This document shows positions 27,637 to 42,024 of a stretch of DNA of 64,000 bases, in pieces. The number at the start of each line of letters is the position of its first letter. The first letter of the stretch is position 1. Source of the stretch: Escherichia phage vB_EcoM_G53. Under the pieces are notes generated by a model. The model worked only from the letters and a program-made list of their open reading frames with translations. It was not told the origin of the DNA and did not search any database. The stretch lies in sequence record MK327943.1; one strand, written 5' to 3'. The translations under genes were made by a program, and so were the position numbers.

Positions 27637-29216
27637 GTAATAACAATACATACCAACACGTTTCAAATGAATCTATTTACGTTGAATTCGACCCCGTAGG
27701 GTCGAATTTTCCAGACACAGTCACTAATGTCCAAGCCGCATTAGCTGCCATTTCTCCTTCAGGTGTTAATGGCGTACCGGAAGCAACAACTACTACACCT
27801 GGAATTATTCAAATAGCTACTCCACAAGAAGTTATTGATGGATTAGATAATAGTAAAGCTGTTACTCCGGCAACACTGAATGCTCGTCTACAATATCCTA
27901 ATGCAACCGAAACTCAATATGGCTTAACTCGTTATGCTACTGAAGATGAAGCAGTAACAGGAACTATTGACGATGCATCAATTACTCCGCTTAAATTGAA
28001 TCAAAAAATAGACAATGTATTTCAGACAAAAGTGTCAACAGAAGCAACAAATGGTGTAATTAAAATTTCAACTTCTGCTGCGGCATTAGCCGGTTCTGAT
28101 GATACGACGGCAATGACTCCGTTAAAAACGCAACAATTAGCAATTAAACTTATTTCGCAAATTGCTCCAAATAATGGTGACGCAACCGAATCTATTACTG
28201 GTGTTGTTCGTTTGGCTACAGTTGCTCAAGCGCAACAAGGCACCCTTCGTGAAGGCTATGCAATTTCACCTTATACCTTTATGAATTCAGTAGCATCAGA
28301 AACTAATAAAGGTGTCGTTAAACTAGGGACACAGACCGAAGTAAATAGTAACAACTCTTCAGTTGTAGTGACCGGCGCAACATTAAACGGGCGTGGGGCT
28401 ACAACTTCTTTACGTGGAGTTGTTCGTTTAACTACACAAGCGGGTAGCCAATCAGGTGGTGATGGTTCTTCTGCCCTTGCTTGGAATGCTGATGTTATCC
28501 ACCAACGAGGCGGACAAACTATTAATGGCACGCTTCGCATTAATAATACGTTGACGGTTGGTTCTGGTGGCGCTAATATAACGGGTAATGTCAATATGAC
28601 CGGTGGTTATATTCAAGGCAATCGTATTGTGACTCAAAATGAATTGGACCGAATTCTTCCAGTTGGCGCTATTACAATGTGGGCTGCAGATAGTTTACCG
28701 AGTTCTGACTGGCGCTTCTGTCATGGTGGGACCGTTTCTGCTTCAGAATGTCCTGTATATGCTTCCAGAATTGGGACACGATATGGTGGTAGCTCTTCTA
28801 ACCCAGGCTTGCCTGATATGCGTGGATTATTTGTTCGCGGCTCAGGTCGTGGTAACCATTTAACTAACCCTAATGTTAATGGTAATGACCAATTCGGTAA
28901 GCCTCGTCTGGCGGTAGGTTGTACCGGTGGATATGTCGGTGAAGTGCAAAAACAACAGATGTCGTATCATAAGCATGCTGGTGGTTTTGGCGAACATGAC
29001 GATTCCGGTGCATTTGGTAATACTCGTCGTTCAAACTTTGTTGGTACTCGTAAAGGACTTGACTGGGATAACCGTTCATATTTTACTAACGAAGGATATG
29101 AAATTGATCCAGCGTCTCAGCGTAACTCTAAATATACCATGAATCGTCCAGAATTAATTGGAAATGAAACTCGTCCATGGAATATTTCTTTAAACTATAT
29201 CATTAAGGTAAAATAA
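27633..29216 (+). CDS. 12: short tail fiber protein gp12
   Basis: 527 aa, T4 size and order. Confidence 0.95.
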   Translation: MSNNNTYQHVSNESIYVEFDPVGSNFPDTVTNVQAALAAISPSGVNGVPEATTTTPGIIQIATPQEVIDGLDNSKAVTPATLNARLQYPNATETQYGLTRYATEDEAVTGTIDDASITPLKLNQKIDNVFQTKVSTEATNGVIKISTSAAALAGSDDTTAMTPLKTQQLAIKLISQIAPNNGDATESITGVVRLATVAQAQQGTLREGYAISPYTFMNSVASETNKGVVKLGTQTEVNSNNSSVVVTGATLNGRGATTSLRGVVRLTTQAGSQSGGDGSSALAWNADVIHQRGGQTINGTLRINNTLTVGSGGANITGNVNMTGGYIQGNRIVTQNELDRILPVGAITMWAADSLPSSDWRFCHGGTVSASECPVYASRIGTRYGGSSSNPGLPDMRGLFVRGSGRGNHLTNPNVNGNDQFGKPRLAVGCTGGYVGEVQKQQMSYHKHAGGFGEHDDSGAFGNTRRSNFVGTRKGLDWDNRSYFTNEGYEIDPASQRNSKYTMNRPELIGNETRPWNISLNYIIKVK

Positions 29217-30664
29217 TGACTGATATAACTCTGGTAGATTTACCATATGTTGACGGCCCGCCAGACGCGGGTCAGAGTCGTATTGAATGGATTAAAAACG
29301 ATGAAGAAATAACAGGTGCTGACACAAAATACGGTTCTGAAGGTGTAATGAACCGCCCTATTGTTGAAGTTCAACGTAACGTAGAAGCGTTAGATGTTAA
29401 TATTAAAACTATAGCATCTTCTTTGAATACGGCCAATGAAGATATCAAAGTTATTCAAGGTATTTTAGATGTTTCTGGGGATGTTGATGCTCTTGCACAG
29501 ATAGGCCAGAACACCCAAGATATTGATGTCATTAAAGTCACAGTTCAAACCCATGCTAGTGAATTGAATGATTTGAATGAACATATTGATGCGAATACTG
29601 ATGATATTGGTGTTTATAATCAGGAAACAGATTCAGTTTATAGAACGGTTCGTAATGACCTGCTTTGGATTAAAAATGAATTAGGACAATATACTGGTCA
29701 AGATATTAATGGGGTTCCTACTCCAGGAAATGATAGCACTGGTATGAAACGCCGTATTATGACTAATAGCTCCGTAATTGTTGACCACGGTGTTCGATTA
29801 ACTGATTTAGAAACTAAATTTGCTGATTCTGACGTCGGCTCTTTAACTATTGAAGTCGAACACTTGCGCGAAGAAATGGGGCCTCGTACTTCTTTCACTA
29901 CTCCAGTGTTTAGTCGTCTTTCCGGTATTGATTTAACTTTGTCGCGTCAAAATGCTGACTTGGATGGCATTAAACAGTCTATTGGGTATCCTAATACGAC
30001 TTCTATTATTACTACAACTAATGCGAATAGTTCAGCAATAAACGACATTAATCTTGAGCTCAATCAATCAGGTGGTATTAAACCTCGTTTGACTACGGTA
30101 GAAACTGCCATTGGCGCTGATGATTTGCCTACTACAATCCAAGGACGTATTAAACTCAATACTGATGCTATCGGAGCATTGAACACTGTTGTCGGCTCTG
30201 ATTCTTCGTCAGGACTGCGTTTTAATGTGTCATGGTTAAATAACGTAGTTGGTGTTGACGCTTCAGGTGGGAAACCGGAACCAGACGGCTCTTTGCTTTA
30301 TCGTACTCGAGAGCTTGAAGGAACTATCAGTGGGATGAGTAATGACATTCAGAACATTCAAACTGATGTTGGGACTAATAGCACAGGAATTAAGGGTTCT
30401 GTAAACACATTAAATACTCTTATAAATGGCACCAACCCAAATGGTTCGACTGTTGAAGAACGCGGTATATTGCCTACAGTTAAAAGTCATGATATGACAA
30501 TTAATGGTTTAACTTCTAGAATTGCTACTCTTGAAACTGATTTGGCCGCTGCAGAAGCTGAAATCCAAACTCTTAAGGACGCTGGATATATTGAAGATGC
30601 TCCTTCAGACGGTAAATTCTATGTTCGCAAAGATGGCGCATGGGTTGAACTTCCTACAGCTTAA
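29216..30664 (+). CDS. wac: fibritin (whisker, neck protein) Wac
   Basis: 482 aa; long repetitive coiled-coil-like body; T4 position after gene 12. Confidence 0.9.
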   Translation: MTDITLVDLPYVDGPPDAGQSRIEWIKNDEEITGADTKYGSEGVMNRPIVEVQRNVEALDVNIKTIASSLNTANEDIKVIQGILDVSGDVDALAQIGQNTQDIDVIKVTVQTHASELNDLNEHIDANTDDIGVYNQETDSVYRTVRNDLLWIKNELGQYTGQDINGVPTPGNDSTGMKRRIMTNSSVIVDHGVRLTDLETKFADSDVGSLTIEVEHLREEMGPRTSFTTPVFSRLSGIDLTLSRQNADLDGIKQSIGYPNTTSIITTTNANSSAINDINLELNQSGGIKPRLTTVETAIGADDLPTTIQGRIKLNTDAIGALNTVVGSDSSSGLRFNVSWLNNVVGVDASGGKPEPDGSLLYRTRELEGTISGMSNDIQNIQTDVGTNSTGIKGSVNTLNTLINGTNPNGSTVEERGILPTVKSHDMTINGLTSRIATLETDLAAAEAEIQTLKDAGYIEDAPSDGKFYVRKDGAWVELPTA

Positions 30665-30670
30665 TGAAAA

Positions 30671-30684
30671 GGGCCTTCGGGCCC
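30671..30684 (+). other. GC hairpin after wac (possible transcript 3' stabilizer or weak terminator)
   Basis: GGGCC-TTCG-GGCCC between wac and gene 13; no strong U-run. Confidence 0.35.
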
Positions 30685-30696
30685 TAAAGGATTTAT

Positions 30697-31623
30697 ATGT
30701 CAGGTTATAATGCACAAAACCCTAAAGAATTAAAGGATGTAATATTACGTCGTTTAGGCGCTCCTATTGTAAATGTTGAATTAACTACGGACCAAATTTA
30801 TGATTGTATTTCACGAGCGTTAGAACTTTATGGCGAATACCATTTTGACGGGTTGAATAAAGGTTTCCATGTATTTTTTGTTGATGACGAAGAAAAATAC
30901 CGTCACGGCGTATTTGATATGCGTGGTTCTAACGTATTTGCCGTAACAAGAATTATAAGAACAAATGTTGGCTCTATTACTTCAATGGATGGTAATGCAA
31001 CTTATCCATGGTTCACTGATTTCCTTTTAGGAATGGCTGGTGTTTCAGGTGGTATGGGTAGTAATTGTGGTAAATTCTACGGTCCGAACGCTTTTGGCGC
31101 TGACCTCGGGTATTATTCTCAATTAGTATCTTATATGGGTATGCTTCAAGATATGATTGCTCCTCTTCCGGATTTTTGGTTTAACTCTGCAAACGAGCAA
31201 TTAAAAGTAATGGGTAACTTTAGACAGAAAGATGTCATTATCGTTGAATCGTATGTTCGCTCTTATATCGAGACCCATAAGATGGTAGGAAATACAGTAG
31301 GGTACGGACAGGTCGGTCCTCGTGATTCATGGTCTATTTCTGAACGTTATGATAATCCAGACCACAATTTGGTCGGACGTCGAGTTGGTGAAGATCCTGC
31401 AACTAAACAAGGCGCATATAACAACCGCTGGGTTAAAGATTATGCAACTGCATTAGCTAAAGAGCTTAATGGACAAATTCTTGCTAAACATCAAGGTATG
31501 ATGTTACCGGGTGGCGTCACTGTTGATGGTGTTCGATTAATTGAAGAAGCTCGTTTAGAGAAAGAAGCTTTACGAGAAGAGTTATATTTACTGGACCCTC
31601 CTGCAGGTATTTTGGTAGGTTAA
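30697..31623 (+). CDS. 13: neck protein gp13
   Basis: 308 aa, T4 size and order. Confidence 0.9.
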   Translation: MSGYNAQNPKELKDVILRRLGAPIVNVELTTDQIYDCISRALELYGEYHFDGLNKGFHVFFVDDEEKYRHGVFDMRGSNVFAVTRIIRTNVGSITSMDGNATYPWFTDFLLGMAGVSGGMGSNCGKFYGPNAFGADLGYYSQLVSYMGMLQDMIAPLPDFWFNSANEQLKVMGNFRQKDVIIVESYVRSYIETHKMVGNTVGYGQVGPRDSWSISERYDNPDHNLVGRRVGEDPATKQGAYNNRWVKDYATALAKELNGQILAKHQGMMLPGGVTVDGVRLIEEARLEKEALREELYLLDPPAGILVG

Positions 31624-31624
31624 T

Positions 31625-32389
31625 ATGGCTACTTATGATAAAAATCTTTTCGCCAAACTAGAAAATCGTGGTGGGTATTCTCAGACAAATGAGACTGAAA
31701 TCCTCAATCCATTTGTCAATTTTAATAATTATGAGAATAGTCAGACATTAGCCGATGTTCTAGTGGCAGAAAGCATACAGATGCGCGGTATTGAATGTTT
31801 TTATGTTCCACGTGAATATGTTGCAGTGGACCTTATCTTTGGTGAGGACCTTAAAAATAAATTTACTAAAGCATGGAAATTTGCTGCATATCTGAACTCT
31901 TTTGAAGGTTATGAAGGAGCGAAATCGTTCTTCAGCAACTTCGGAATGCAAGTTCAAGACGAAGTTACATTATCTATTAACCCAGGTCTTTTCAAACACC
32001 AGGTCAACAATCAGGAGCCCAAGGAAGGTGATTTAATATACTTCCCAATGGACAACAGTTTGTTTGAGATTAACTGGGTTGAACCATATGACCCATTCTA
32101 TCAAGTAGGTAAAAATGCGATTCGTAAAATTACTGCAGGCAAGTTTATTTACTCTGGCGAAGAAATCAATCCGGTGCTTCAGAAAAATGAAGGTATCAAT
32201 ATACCTGAATTTAGTGACTTGGAACTTAACCCTGTTAGAAATCTTGACGGTATCCATGACATTAATATCGATGAATATTCTGAAGTTGAGCAAATCAATT
32301 CAGAGGCAAGTGAATACGTTGAGCCGTATGTAGTAGTTAACAACCGTGGTAGACAAAATTCACCGTTTGACGATGGGTTTATGAATTAA
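31625..32389 (+). CDS. 14: neck protein gp14
   Basis: 254 aa, T4 size and order. Confidence 0.9.
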   Translation: MATYDKNLFAKLENRGGYSQTNETEILNPFVNFNNYENSQTLADVLVAESIQMRGIECFYVPREYVAVDLIFGEDLKNKFTKAWKFAAYLNSFEGYEGAKSFFSNFGMQVQDEVTLSINPGLFKHQVNNQEPKEGDLIYFPMDNSLFEINWVEPYDPFYQVGKNAIRKITAGKFIYSGEEINPVLQKNEGINIPEFSDLELNPVRNLDGIHDINIDEYSEVEQINSEASEYVEPYVVVNNRGRQNSPFDDGFMN

Positions 32390-32412
32390 TAAATAGATAA
32401 GATAAAGCAAAC

Positions 32413-32430
32413 ACCGGTCGAAAGGCCGGT
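32413..32430 (+). other. hairpin immediately upstream of the gene 15 ribosome-binding site
   Basis: ACCGG-TCGAAAGG-CCGGT, followed by AGGAG and ATG 32439. Confidence 0.3.
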
Positions 32431-32438
32431 TAGGAGAA

Positions 32439-33263
32439 ATGATGTTTGGCTATTTTTACAACTCGTCGTTCAGGCGATATATCACAATGATGGGCGATTT
32501 GTTTTCAAATATCCAAGTTAACCGTCAATTGTCTACAGGCAATAAATTAATTAGAGTTCCTATTACGTATGCATCTAAAGAGCACTTTATGATGAAACTT
32601 AATAAATGGACCTCTATAAACTCACAAGAAGATGTGGCTAAAGTCGAAACTATTCTACCACGTATAAATCTCCAAATGGTAGATTTCGTTTATAACCCAA
32701 CGTTTAAAACGAATATATTGAATAACTCTCTTTTGAGTAAATCGACTAAGGATATTGTAGACCAATACAACCCATCACCAATTAAAATGATTTTTGAACT
32801 GAGCATCTTTACTCGTTATGAAGATGATATGTTCCAAATCGTTGAGCAAATTATTCCATATTTTCAGCCGCATTTTAATACGACTATGATTGAGCAATAT
32901 GGGCAGGATATTCCATTTGAAAGGGATATTAAAGTCGTATGGATGGCAGCAGCAATGGATGAACAAATAGACGGTGATAATTTATCCCGTCGACGTTTAG
33001 AGTGGTCATTAACATTTGAAGTAAATGGATGGATGTATCCTCCGGTAGGCGCAGCCGAAGGCCTTATTAAAACGACTTATCTTGATTTTCATGCTAACGA
33101 ACGAGACCTTCAAACAGCCGCCAGTGTTTTTGAATCAGTTGATACAGAAATTAAACCGAGAGACGTTGAAGCACAAGATTGGAATGGTGAAGTTGAACAA
33201 ACTTATACTCATGATATTCCAATCCCGACTCCACCAACCCCTCCTGGTCCTAGAAAACAATAA
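32439..33263 (+). CDS. 15: tail sheath stabilizer / tail terminator gp15
   Basis: 274 aa, T4 size and order. Confidence 0.9.
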   Translation: MMFGYFYNSSFRRYITMMGDLFSNIQVNRQLSTGNKLIRVPITYASKEHFMMKLNKWTSINSQEDVAKVETILPRINLQMVDFVYNPTFKTNILNNSLLSKSTKDIVDQYNPSPIKMIFELSIFTRYEDDMFQIVEQIIPYFQPHFNTTMIEQYGQDIPFERDIKVVWMAAAMDEQIDGDNLSRRRLEWSLTFEVNGWMYPPVGAAEGLIKTTYLDFHANERDLQTAASVFESVDTEIKPRDVEAQDWNGEVEQTYTHDIPIPTPPTPPGPRKQ

Positions 33264-35589
<2,326 letters not shown>

Positions 35590-35616
35590 AAATAAAGCAA
35601 ATTAAGAGGAATTAAA

Positions 35617-37599
35617 ATGGCACTTCTCTCTCCGGGCGTTGAGCTCAAAGAAACTACCGTACAGAGTACTGTAGTTAATAACTCCACTGGTACTGCTGCC
35701 CTGGCTGGAAAATTCCAATGGGGACCTGCATTCCAGATTAAACAAATCACTGATGAAGTTGCATTGGTTGATATGTTTGGTACTCCTAATACGGATACAG
35801 CAGATTATTTCATGTCTGCTATGAACTTCCTTCAATATGGTAATGACCTTCGTGTTGTACGCGCAGTTGATCGTGATGCTGCTAAGAACTCATCTCCTGT
35901 AGCAGGCAATATTGAATTCACAATCTCTGCTGCTGGTAGTAACTATGCGGTCGGTGATAAAATTATCGTTAAGTATTTGACCGAAACTGTTGAAGCAGAT
36001 GGTTATGTCACTTCAGTTGATGTCGATGGTAAAATTCTTAACATTTATATCCCAACCGGTAAAATTATTGCTCGTGCAAAAGAAATTAATGAATATCCGG
36101 CATTGGGTTCTAACTGGACCGCCGAAGTTGCCAGTTCTTCTTCTGGTCTCTCTGGCGTTATTACAATTGGTTCTATCGTAACCGATTCGGGTATTCTGTT
36201 AACTGAAGTTGAAACTTCTGAAGAAGCTATTACTTCTCTAACTTTCCAAGAATCTATTAAAAAATATGGTGTCCCAGGCGTAGTTGCTCTTTATCCTGGT
36301 GAACTTGGCGACCAGCTCGAAATTGAAATCGTATCTAAAGCAGACTATGACAAAGGTGCTTCAGCCCAGTTAAAAATTTATCCTGATGGTGGTACTCGTG
36401 CATCTACTGCTAAAGCAATCTTTGGGTATGGCCCACAAACTGATGACCAATATGCAATTATCGTTCGTCGTAACGATGCTGTAGTTCAGAGCGTAGTTCT
36501 TTCTACTAAACGTGGTGAACGCGATATTTATGGTAGTAATATCTTTATTGATGATTTCTTTGCTAAAGGCGCAAGCAATTATATTTTCGCTACTGCACAA
36601 GGTTGGCCAAAAGGTTTCTCTGGCGTAATCAAACTGGGCGGCGGCTTATCATCTAATGAAACTGTTGACGCTGGTGATTTAATGGAAGCTTGGGATTTGT
36701 TTGCTGACCGTGAATCTGTTAATGCGCAGTTGTTTATTGCTGGTTCTTGTGCAGGTGAATCTTTAGAAGTTGCTTCTACAGTTCAGAAACATGTTGTAGC
36801 AATTGGTGATTCTCGCCAAGATTGTTTGGTTCTTTGCTCACCACCACGTGCAACTATAGTCGGTATTCCTGTTAATCGTGCAGTTGATAATCTGGTTGAT
36901 TGGCGTACTGCGTCAGGAACTTACACTGATAATAACTTTAATGTAAGTTCTACTTATGCTGCTATTGACGGTAACTATAAATATCAATATGACAAATATA
37001 ATGATGTGAATCGTTGGGTTCCATTAGCCGCTGATATCGCTGGTCTTTGTGCTCGCACAGACAATATTTCTCAGCCTTGGATGTCTCCAGCCGGTTATAA
37101 CCGTGGACAAATTCTTAACGTTATTAAGCTTGCAATTGAAACTCGCCAAGCGCAGCGTGATCGTTTGTACCAGGAAGCTATTAACCCTGTTACTGGTACC
37201 GGTGGTGATGGGTATGTTCTGTACGGTGATAAAACTGCCACTTCTGTTCCTTCGCCATTTGACCGTATTAACGTTCGTCGTTTGTTCAATATGGTTAAAA
37301 CGAACATTGGTTCAGCATCTAAATATCGCCTGTTTGAATTGAACAACGCATTTACCCGTTCTTCTTTCCGTACAGAGACTTCTCAATATCTACAGGGTAT
37401 TAAAGCTCTTGGTGGTGTATATAACTTTAAAGTTGTTTGTGATACCACCAATAACACCCCAGCAGTTATCGACCGTAATGAATTTGTAGCTACTTTCTAC
37501 TTACAACCTGCGAGATCGATAAATTATATTACGTTGAACTTTGTAGCAACAGCAACGGGTGCCGATTTCGACGAACTAATTGGTGCTGTAGGTGCCTAA
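35617..37599 (+). CDS. 18: tail sheath protein gp18
   Basis: 660 aa, T4 size and order. Confidence 0.95.
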   Translation: MALLSPGVELKETTVQSTVVNNSTGTAALAGKFQWGPAFQIKQITDEVALVDMFGTPNTDTADYFMSAMNFLQYGNDLRVVRAVDRDAAKNSSPVAGNIEFTISAAGSNYAVGDKIIVKYLTETVEADGYVTSVDVDGKILNIYIPTGKIIARAKEINEYPALGSNWTAEVASSSSGLSGVITIGSIVTDSGILLTEVETSEEAITSLTFQESIKKYGVPGVVALYPGELGDQLEIEIVSKADYDKGASAQLKIYPDGGTRASTAKAIFGYGPQTDDQYAIIVRRNDAVVQSVVLSTKRGERDIYGSNIFIDDFFAKGASNYIFATAQGWPKGFSGVIKLGGGLSSNETVDAGDLMEAWDLFADRESVNAQLFIAGSCAGESLEVASTVQKHVVAIGDSRQDCLVLCSPPRATIVGIPVNRAVDNLVDWRTASGTYTDNNFNVSSTYAAIDGNYKYQYDKYNDVNRWVPLAADIAGLCARTDNISQPWMSPAGYNRGQILNVIKLAIETRQAQRDRLYQEAINPVTGTGGDGYVLYGDKTATSVPSPFDRINVRRLFNMVKTNIGSASKYRLFELNNAFTRSSFRTETSQYLQGIKALGGVYNFKVVCDTTNNTPAVIDRNEFVATFYLQPARSINYITLNFVATATGADFDELIGAVGA

Positions 37600-37612
37600 T
37601 AAGACGCCTGAT

Positions 37613-37630
37613 GGGCTATTTCGGTAGCCC
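37613..37630 (+). other. hairpin after gene 18, abutting the gene 19 late promoter
   Basis: GGGCTA-TTTCGG-TAGCCC. Confidence 0.35.
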
Positions 37631-37631
37631 A

Positions 37632-37639
37632 TATAAATA
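37632..37639 (+). promoter_or_regulatory. late promoter (TATAAATA) for gene 19
   Basis: Exact TATAAATA upstream of the gene 19 ATG 37712. Confidence 0.55.
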
Positions 37640-37711
37640 TACTATATCGTTTAAAAATTAATTCTATGGGCATCCGGTTAATCCTAAGCCCATATTACTA
37701 CAGAGGCTAAT

Positions 37712-38203
37712 ATGTTTGTAGATGACGTAACTCGTGCCTTCGAATCTGGTGATTTCGCTCGCCCTAACCTGTTCGAAGTAGAAATCTCTTATCTTGGGCA
37801 AAACTTTAGCTTCCAGTGTCGTGCTACGGCTCTTCCTGCTGCGATTGTTGAAAAGGTTCCTGTTTCTTATATGAACCGTAAAATTAACGTGGCCGGTGAT
37901 CGTACATTCGATGATTGGACTATTACAGTAATGAACGATGATGCTCATAGCATTCGTCAGAAATTTGTTGATTGGCAAGGTATTGCAGCAGGACAAGGTA
38001 ATGAAATTACCGGTGGTAAACCTGCTGAATATAAAAAGTCTGCTATCGTTCGTCAATTTGCCCGTGATGCTAAAACGGTCACTAAAGAAGTTGAAATTGT
38101 CGGCTTGTGGCCTACTAACGTTGGCGAAGTATCTCTTGACTGGGACAGCAATAACGAGATTGAAACGTTCGAAGTAACTCTTGCTCTTGATTGGTGGGAA
38201 TAA
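37712..38203 (+). CDS. 19: tail tube protein gp19
   Basis: 163 aa, T4 size and order. Confidence 0.95.
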   Translation: MFVDDVTRAFESGDFARPNLFEVEISYLGQNFSFQCRATALPAAIVEKVPVSYMNRKINVAGDRTFDDWTITVMNDDAHSIRQKFVDWQGIAAGQGNEITGGKPAEYKKSAIVRQFARDAKTVTKEVEIVGLWPTNVGEVSLDWDSNNEIETFEVTLALDWWE

Positions 38204-38251
38204 TCTGGTTGGGGAGAAATCCCCAGCTTCCCGTGATGACGGAGAAGTCCA

Positions 38252-38259
38252 TATAAATA
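38252..38259 (+). promoter_or_regulatory. late promoter (TATAAATA) for gene 20
   Basis: Exact TATAAATA about 29 nt upstream of the gene 20 ATG. Confidence 0.6.
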
Positions 38260-38287
38260 TAACTATAATTCCCATTCGGAGAATACA

Positions 38288-39859
38288 ATGAAATTTAATA
38301 TCTTAAGTTTGTTTGCTCCATGGGCAAAAATGGACGAACGTGATTACAAAGACCAAGAAAAAGAAAATTTAGAATCTATCACCGCACCAAAATTGGACGA
38401 CGGCGCTAAAGAATACGAAGTATCTGAAAATGAAGCACAGCAAACATATAATGCTATGTTTCAGAGAATGTTCGGTAGTCAAGAACCAGGGCTCAAATCA
38501 ACCCGTGAATTAATCGATACGTATCGAAATTTGATGACGAACTATGAAGTGGATAATGCAGTCTCTGAAATAGTTTCTGATGCTATCGTATATGAAGATG
38601 ATACAGAAGTCGTTTCTATAAATTTAGACAACACAAAATTTAGTCCAAATATAAAATCAATGATGTTGGATGAATTTAACGAAGTGTTGAATCATTTATC
38701 TTTCCAACGTAAAGGTTCAGACCATTTTAGGCGTTGGTATGTAGATTCTCGAATTTTCTTCCATAAAATTATTGACCCTAAACGCCCTAAAGAAGGTATT
38801 AAAGAGCTTCGTCGTTTAGACCCACGCCAAGTTCAATATGTCCGTGAAGTTATTACAACCACTGAAGCCGGTGTTAAAATAGTCAAGGGTTATAAAGAAT
38901 ATTTCATTTATGACACATCACACGAATCTTATGCTTGTGATGGTCGCATATATGAAGCTGGCACAAAAATAAAAATCCCTAAAGCCGCGATTGTTTATGC
39001 CCATTCTGGTTTAGTTGATTGTTGTGGTAAAAATATCATTGGTTATTTGCATCGGGCTATTAAGCCGGCGAACCAATTAAAACTTCTTGAAGATGCCGTT
39101 GTAATTTATCGTATTACTCGTGCTCCAGATCGTCGTGTATGGTACGTTGATACAGGTAATATGCCTTCAAGAAAAGCAGCAGAACATATGCAACATGTTA
39201 TGAATACGATGAAAAACCGTATTGCATATGATGCTACTACAGGCAAGATTAAAAACCAGCAGCATATTATGTCGATGACCGAAGATTATTGGTTACAACG
39301 ACGTGATGGTAAAGCAGTAACAGAAGTTGATACATTACCAGGTGCAGATAATACTGGAAATATGGAAGATGTACGTTGGTTCCGTAATGCGCTTTATATG
39401 GCTTTACGTATTCCTATTACCCGTATTCCAAGTGACCAAGGTGGTATACAGTTTGATGCTGGTACTTCTATTACACGAGATGAATTGTCGTTTGGTAAAT
39501 TTATTCGTGAGCTGCAACATAAATTTGAAGAGATATTCCTAGACCCGCTTAAAACTAATTTAATTCTTAAAGGAATTATTACAGAAGATGAGTGGAATGA
39601 TGAAATAAATAATATTAAGATAAAATTTCATCGGGATAGTTATTTCTCGGAATTAAAGGATGCTGAGATTCTGGAGCGCCGCATTAATATGCTTCAGATG
39701 GCCGAACCATTTATTGGTAAATATATTTCTCACAGAACAGCTATGAAAGATATTCTTCAGATGTCTGACGAGGAAATTGAACAAGAGGCTAAGCAAATTG
39801 AAGAAGAGTCGAAAGAGGCTCGTTTCCAAGACCCCGACCAAGAACAAGAGGATTTTTAA
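38288..39859 (+). CDS. 20: portal vertex protein gp20
   Basis: 523 aa, T4 size and order. Confidence 0.95.
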   Translation: MKFNILSLFAPWAKMDERDYKDQEKENLESITAPKLDDGAKEYEVSENEAQQTYNAMFQRMFGSQEPGLKSTRELIDTYRNLMTNYEVDNAVSEIVSDAIVYEDDTEVVSINLDNTKFSPNIKSMMLDEFNEVLNHLSFQRKGSDHFRRWYVDSRIFFHKIIDPKRPKEGIKELRRLDPRQVQYVREVITTTEAGVKIVKGYKEYFIYDTSHESYACDGRIYEAGTKIKIPKAAIVYAHSGLVDCCGKNIIGYLHRAIKPANQLKLLEDAVVIYRITRAPDRRVWYVDTGNMPSRKAAEHMQHVMNTMKNRIAYDATTGKIKNQQHIMSMTEDYWLQRRDGKAVTEVDTLPGADNTGNMEDVRWFRNALYMALRIPITRIPSDQGGIQFDAGTSITRDELSFGKFIRELQHKFEEIFLDPLKTNLILKGIITEDEWNDEINNIKIKFHRDSYFSELKDAEILERRINMLQMAEPFIGKYISHRTAMKDILQMSDEEIEQEAKQIEEESKEARFQDPDQEQEDF

Positions 39860-40095
39860 TGGACGATTTAATTCAAGCTATTAAATCAAACGACCTCGTT
39901 GCTACTCGAAAGTTTTTTGAAAGTGCAATGGCAGAAAAAACGGTTCGTTTGATTGAAGCACGCAAAGCAGAAATCGCTTCTCAATTTTTAATTGAAGGCG
40001 AAGAACCTGAAGAAGAAAAGAAAGCTAAAGCTTCGGAAGACGACGCTGATGAAGGCGATGACGACGAAGACGAAGATGATGAGGACGATGAATAA
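39859..40095 (+). CDS. 67: prohead core protein gp67
   Basis: 78 aa with acidic C-terminus [18 protein letters not shown]; T4 order. Confidence 0.85.
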   Translation: MDDLIQAIKSNDLVATRKFFESAMAEKTVRLIEARKAEIASQFLIEGEEPEEEKKAKASEDDADEGDDDEDEDDEDDE

Positions 40096-40520
40096 TGTAT
40101 CTTATCCCTGAATCTTATGAATTGGTACTCGAAAATGTCGAAGCACTTATTCCTGAAGCACAGGGCCGAATCGATGCATTGTCTTCTGCTCTCGATATTG
40201 ACGATATAAATACTATTATCGAGAACATGCTTGAAACTGAAACGGATTTAGCTGTTGCAATGGCTTCCATTATTAATGAAGAACAGTTAAATGAGTTTAT
40301 CGTTAAACATGTTTCTTCTCGTGGTGAAGTCACCCGCACTAAAGACCGTAAAACTCGTGAACGTAACGCGTTCCAAACCACTGGTCTTTCTAAAGCAAAA
40401 CGTAGACAAATCGCTCGTAAGGTCGTTAAAGCTAAAAAAGCTAACCCTTCAGGCCAAGTTAAAGGCTTGCGTAAGCGTAAAAAGGCTCTTAAACGTCGTA
40501 AAGCATTAGGATTAAGCTAA
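40095..40520 (+). CDS. 68: prohead core protein gp68
   Basis: 141 aa, T4 size and order. Confidence 0.85.
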   Translation: MYLIPESYELVLENVEALIPEAQGRIDALSSALDIDDINTIIENMLETETDLAVAMASIINEEQLNEFIVKHVSSRGEVTRTKDRKTRERNAFQTTGLSKAKRRQIARKVVKAKKANPSGQVKGLRKRKKALKRRKALGLS

Positions 40521-41161
40521 TGAATAAACCCGAGTTACTTATTGAAACTTGGGGTCAACCCGGTGAGATTATTGATGGCGTTCCAATGTTGGAATCTCAT
40601 GATGGAAAAGATTCTGGCTTAAAACCAGGGCTTTATATAGAAGGTATTTTTCTTCAGGCAGAGGTTGTTAACCGAAATAAACGTTTATATCCTAAACGCG
40701 TTTTGGAAAAAGCAGTAAGTGACTATATTAAAGAACAAGTCGCAACCAAACAAGCCCTTGGAGAATTAAACCATCCACCTCGTGCAAATGTTGACCCTAT
40801 GCAAGCCGCTATCATTATTGAAGATATGTGGTGGAAAGGAAACGATGTATATGGACGTGCTAGAATTATTGAAGGCGACCATGGTCCCGGCGATAAATTA
40901 GCTGCTAATATACGAGCTGGTTGGATTCCAGGTGTTTCCTCTCGTGGTCTTGGTTCTTTAACCGACACCAATAAAGGGTACCGTATCGTGAACGAAGGAT
41001 TTAAATTAACCGTCGGCGTAGATGCCGTATGGGGACCTTCTGCTCCAGATGCTTGGGTTACTCCTAAACAAATATCAGAATCAGAAAATTCGGTGGAAAC
41101 CACCAAAAACAGTGCTGATGAAGCATTTAAAGCTCTCGCAGAGAGTTTAAAAACATTATAA
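40520..41161 (+). CDS. 21: prohead core protease gp21
   Basis: 213 aa, T4 size and order. Confidence 0.9.
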   Translation: MNKPELLIETWGQPGEIIDGVPMLESHDGKDSGLKPGLYIEGIFLQAEVVNRNKRLYPKRVLEKAVSDYIKEQVATKQALGELNHPPRANVDPMQAAIIIEDMWWKGNDVYGRARIIEGDHGPGDKLAANIRAGWIPGVSSRGLGSLTDTNKGYRIVNEGFKLTVGVDAVWGPSAPDAWVTPKQISESENSVETTKNSADEAFKALAESLKTL

Positions 41162-41164
41162 ATA
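41157..41164 (+). promoter_or_regulatory. late promoter (TATAAATA) for gene 22
   Basis: Exact TATAAATA overlapping the gene 21 stop, about 30 nt upstream of the gene 22 ATG. Confidence 0.5.
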
Positions 41165-41194
41165 ATAATGTAATCTAAACCACAGGACACTAAA

Positions 41195-42007
41195 ATGATC
41201 AAAGAACAACTTTTGAAAGAAGCTCAGAACATCGAGACTTCAGTTGCTCTTAATAGTGTTTTCGAATCAGTAGAACTGTCTCCGGACGTTAAAGCTAATT
41301 TCAGCACTGTATTCGAAGCCACCGTTAAGCAGGAAGCAGTCAAACTGGCTGAATCTCATATCAAAGCCATCGCCGAAAAAGCCGAAGAAGAAGTTGAAAA
41401 GGCTAAAGAAGATGCTGAAGAGAAAGCTGATAAAAAATTGGCTGAACAAGCTTCTAAATTCCTAGACCATCTTGCAAAAGAATGGCTCGCAGAAAACCAA
41501 ATCGCAGTTGATAAAGGCATTAAAGCTGATTTGTTCGAATCCATGCTTGGTGGTCTGAAAGAACTGTTTGTTGAACATAACGTTGTTGTTCCAGAAGAAT
41601 CTGTAGATGTTGTAGCAGAAATGGAAGAAGAGCTGGCCGAACATAAAGAAGAAACCGCTCGTTTGTTCGAAGAAGTTACCAAACGTGATGCATATATCAA
41701 TTACGTTCAGCGTGAAACCGCTATTAATGAAAGCGTAAAAGACCTGACTGAATCTCAGAAAGAAAAAGTTATTGGCCTGGTTGAAGGTATGGATTATTCT
41801 GACGCATTTGGTACTAAGTTAACTGCTATTGTAGAAATGGTTAAAGGTTCTACTAAAGAAGAAGCCGCTATTACCGAAAGTATAAATACAGTTGACAATG
41901 ACGCTGCCGGTCTTAATTTTGTTGCCGAAGCAGTTGACACTACCACAACTCAGGTAGAACAGAATTCTAATGTAAGTTTATATGCGAAAGTCGCATCTCG
42001 TTTCTAA
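41195..42007 (+). CDS. 22: prohead core scaffold protein gp22
   Basis: 270 aa, Glu/Lys/Ala-rich; T4 size and order. Confidence 0.9.
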   Translation: MIKEQLLKEAQNIETSVALNSVFESVELSPDVKANFSTVFEATVKQEAVKLAESHIKAIAEKAEEEVEKAKEDAEEKADKKLAEQASKFLDHLAKEWLAENQIAVDKGIKADLFESMLGGLKELFVEHNVVVPEESVDVVAEMEEELAEHKEETARLFEEVTKRDAYINYVQRETAINESVKDLTESQKEKVIGLVEGMDYSDAFGTKLTAIVEMVKGSTKEEAAITESINTVDNDAAGLNFVAEAVDTTTTQVEQNSNVSLYAKVASRF

Positions 42008-42024
42008 TTTAAAGGTTAACACAA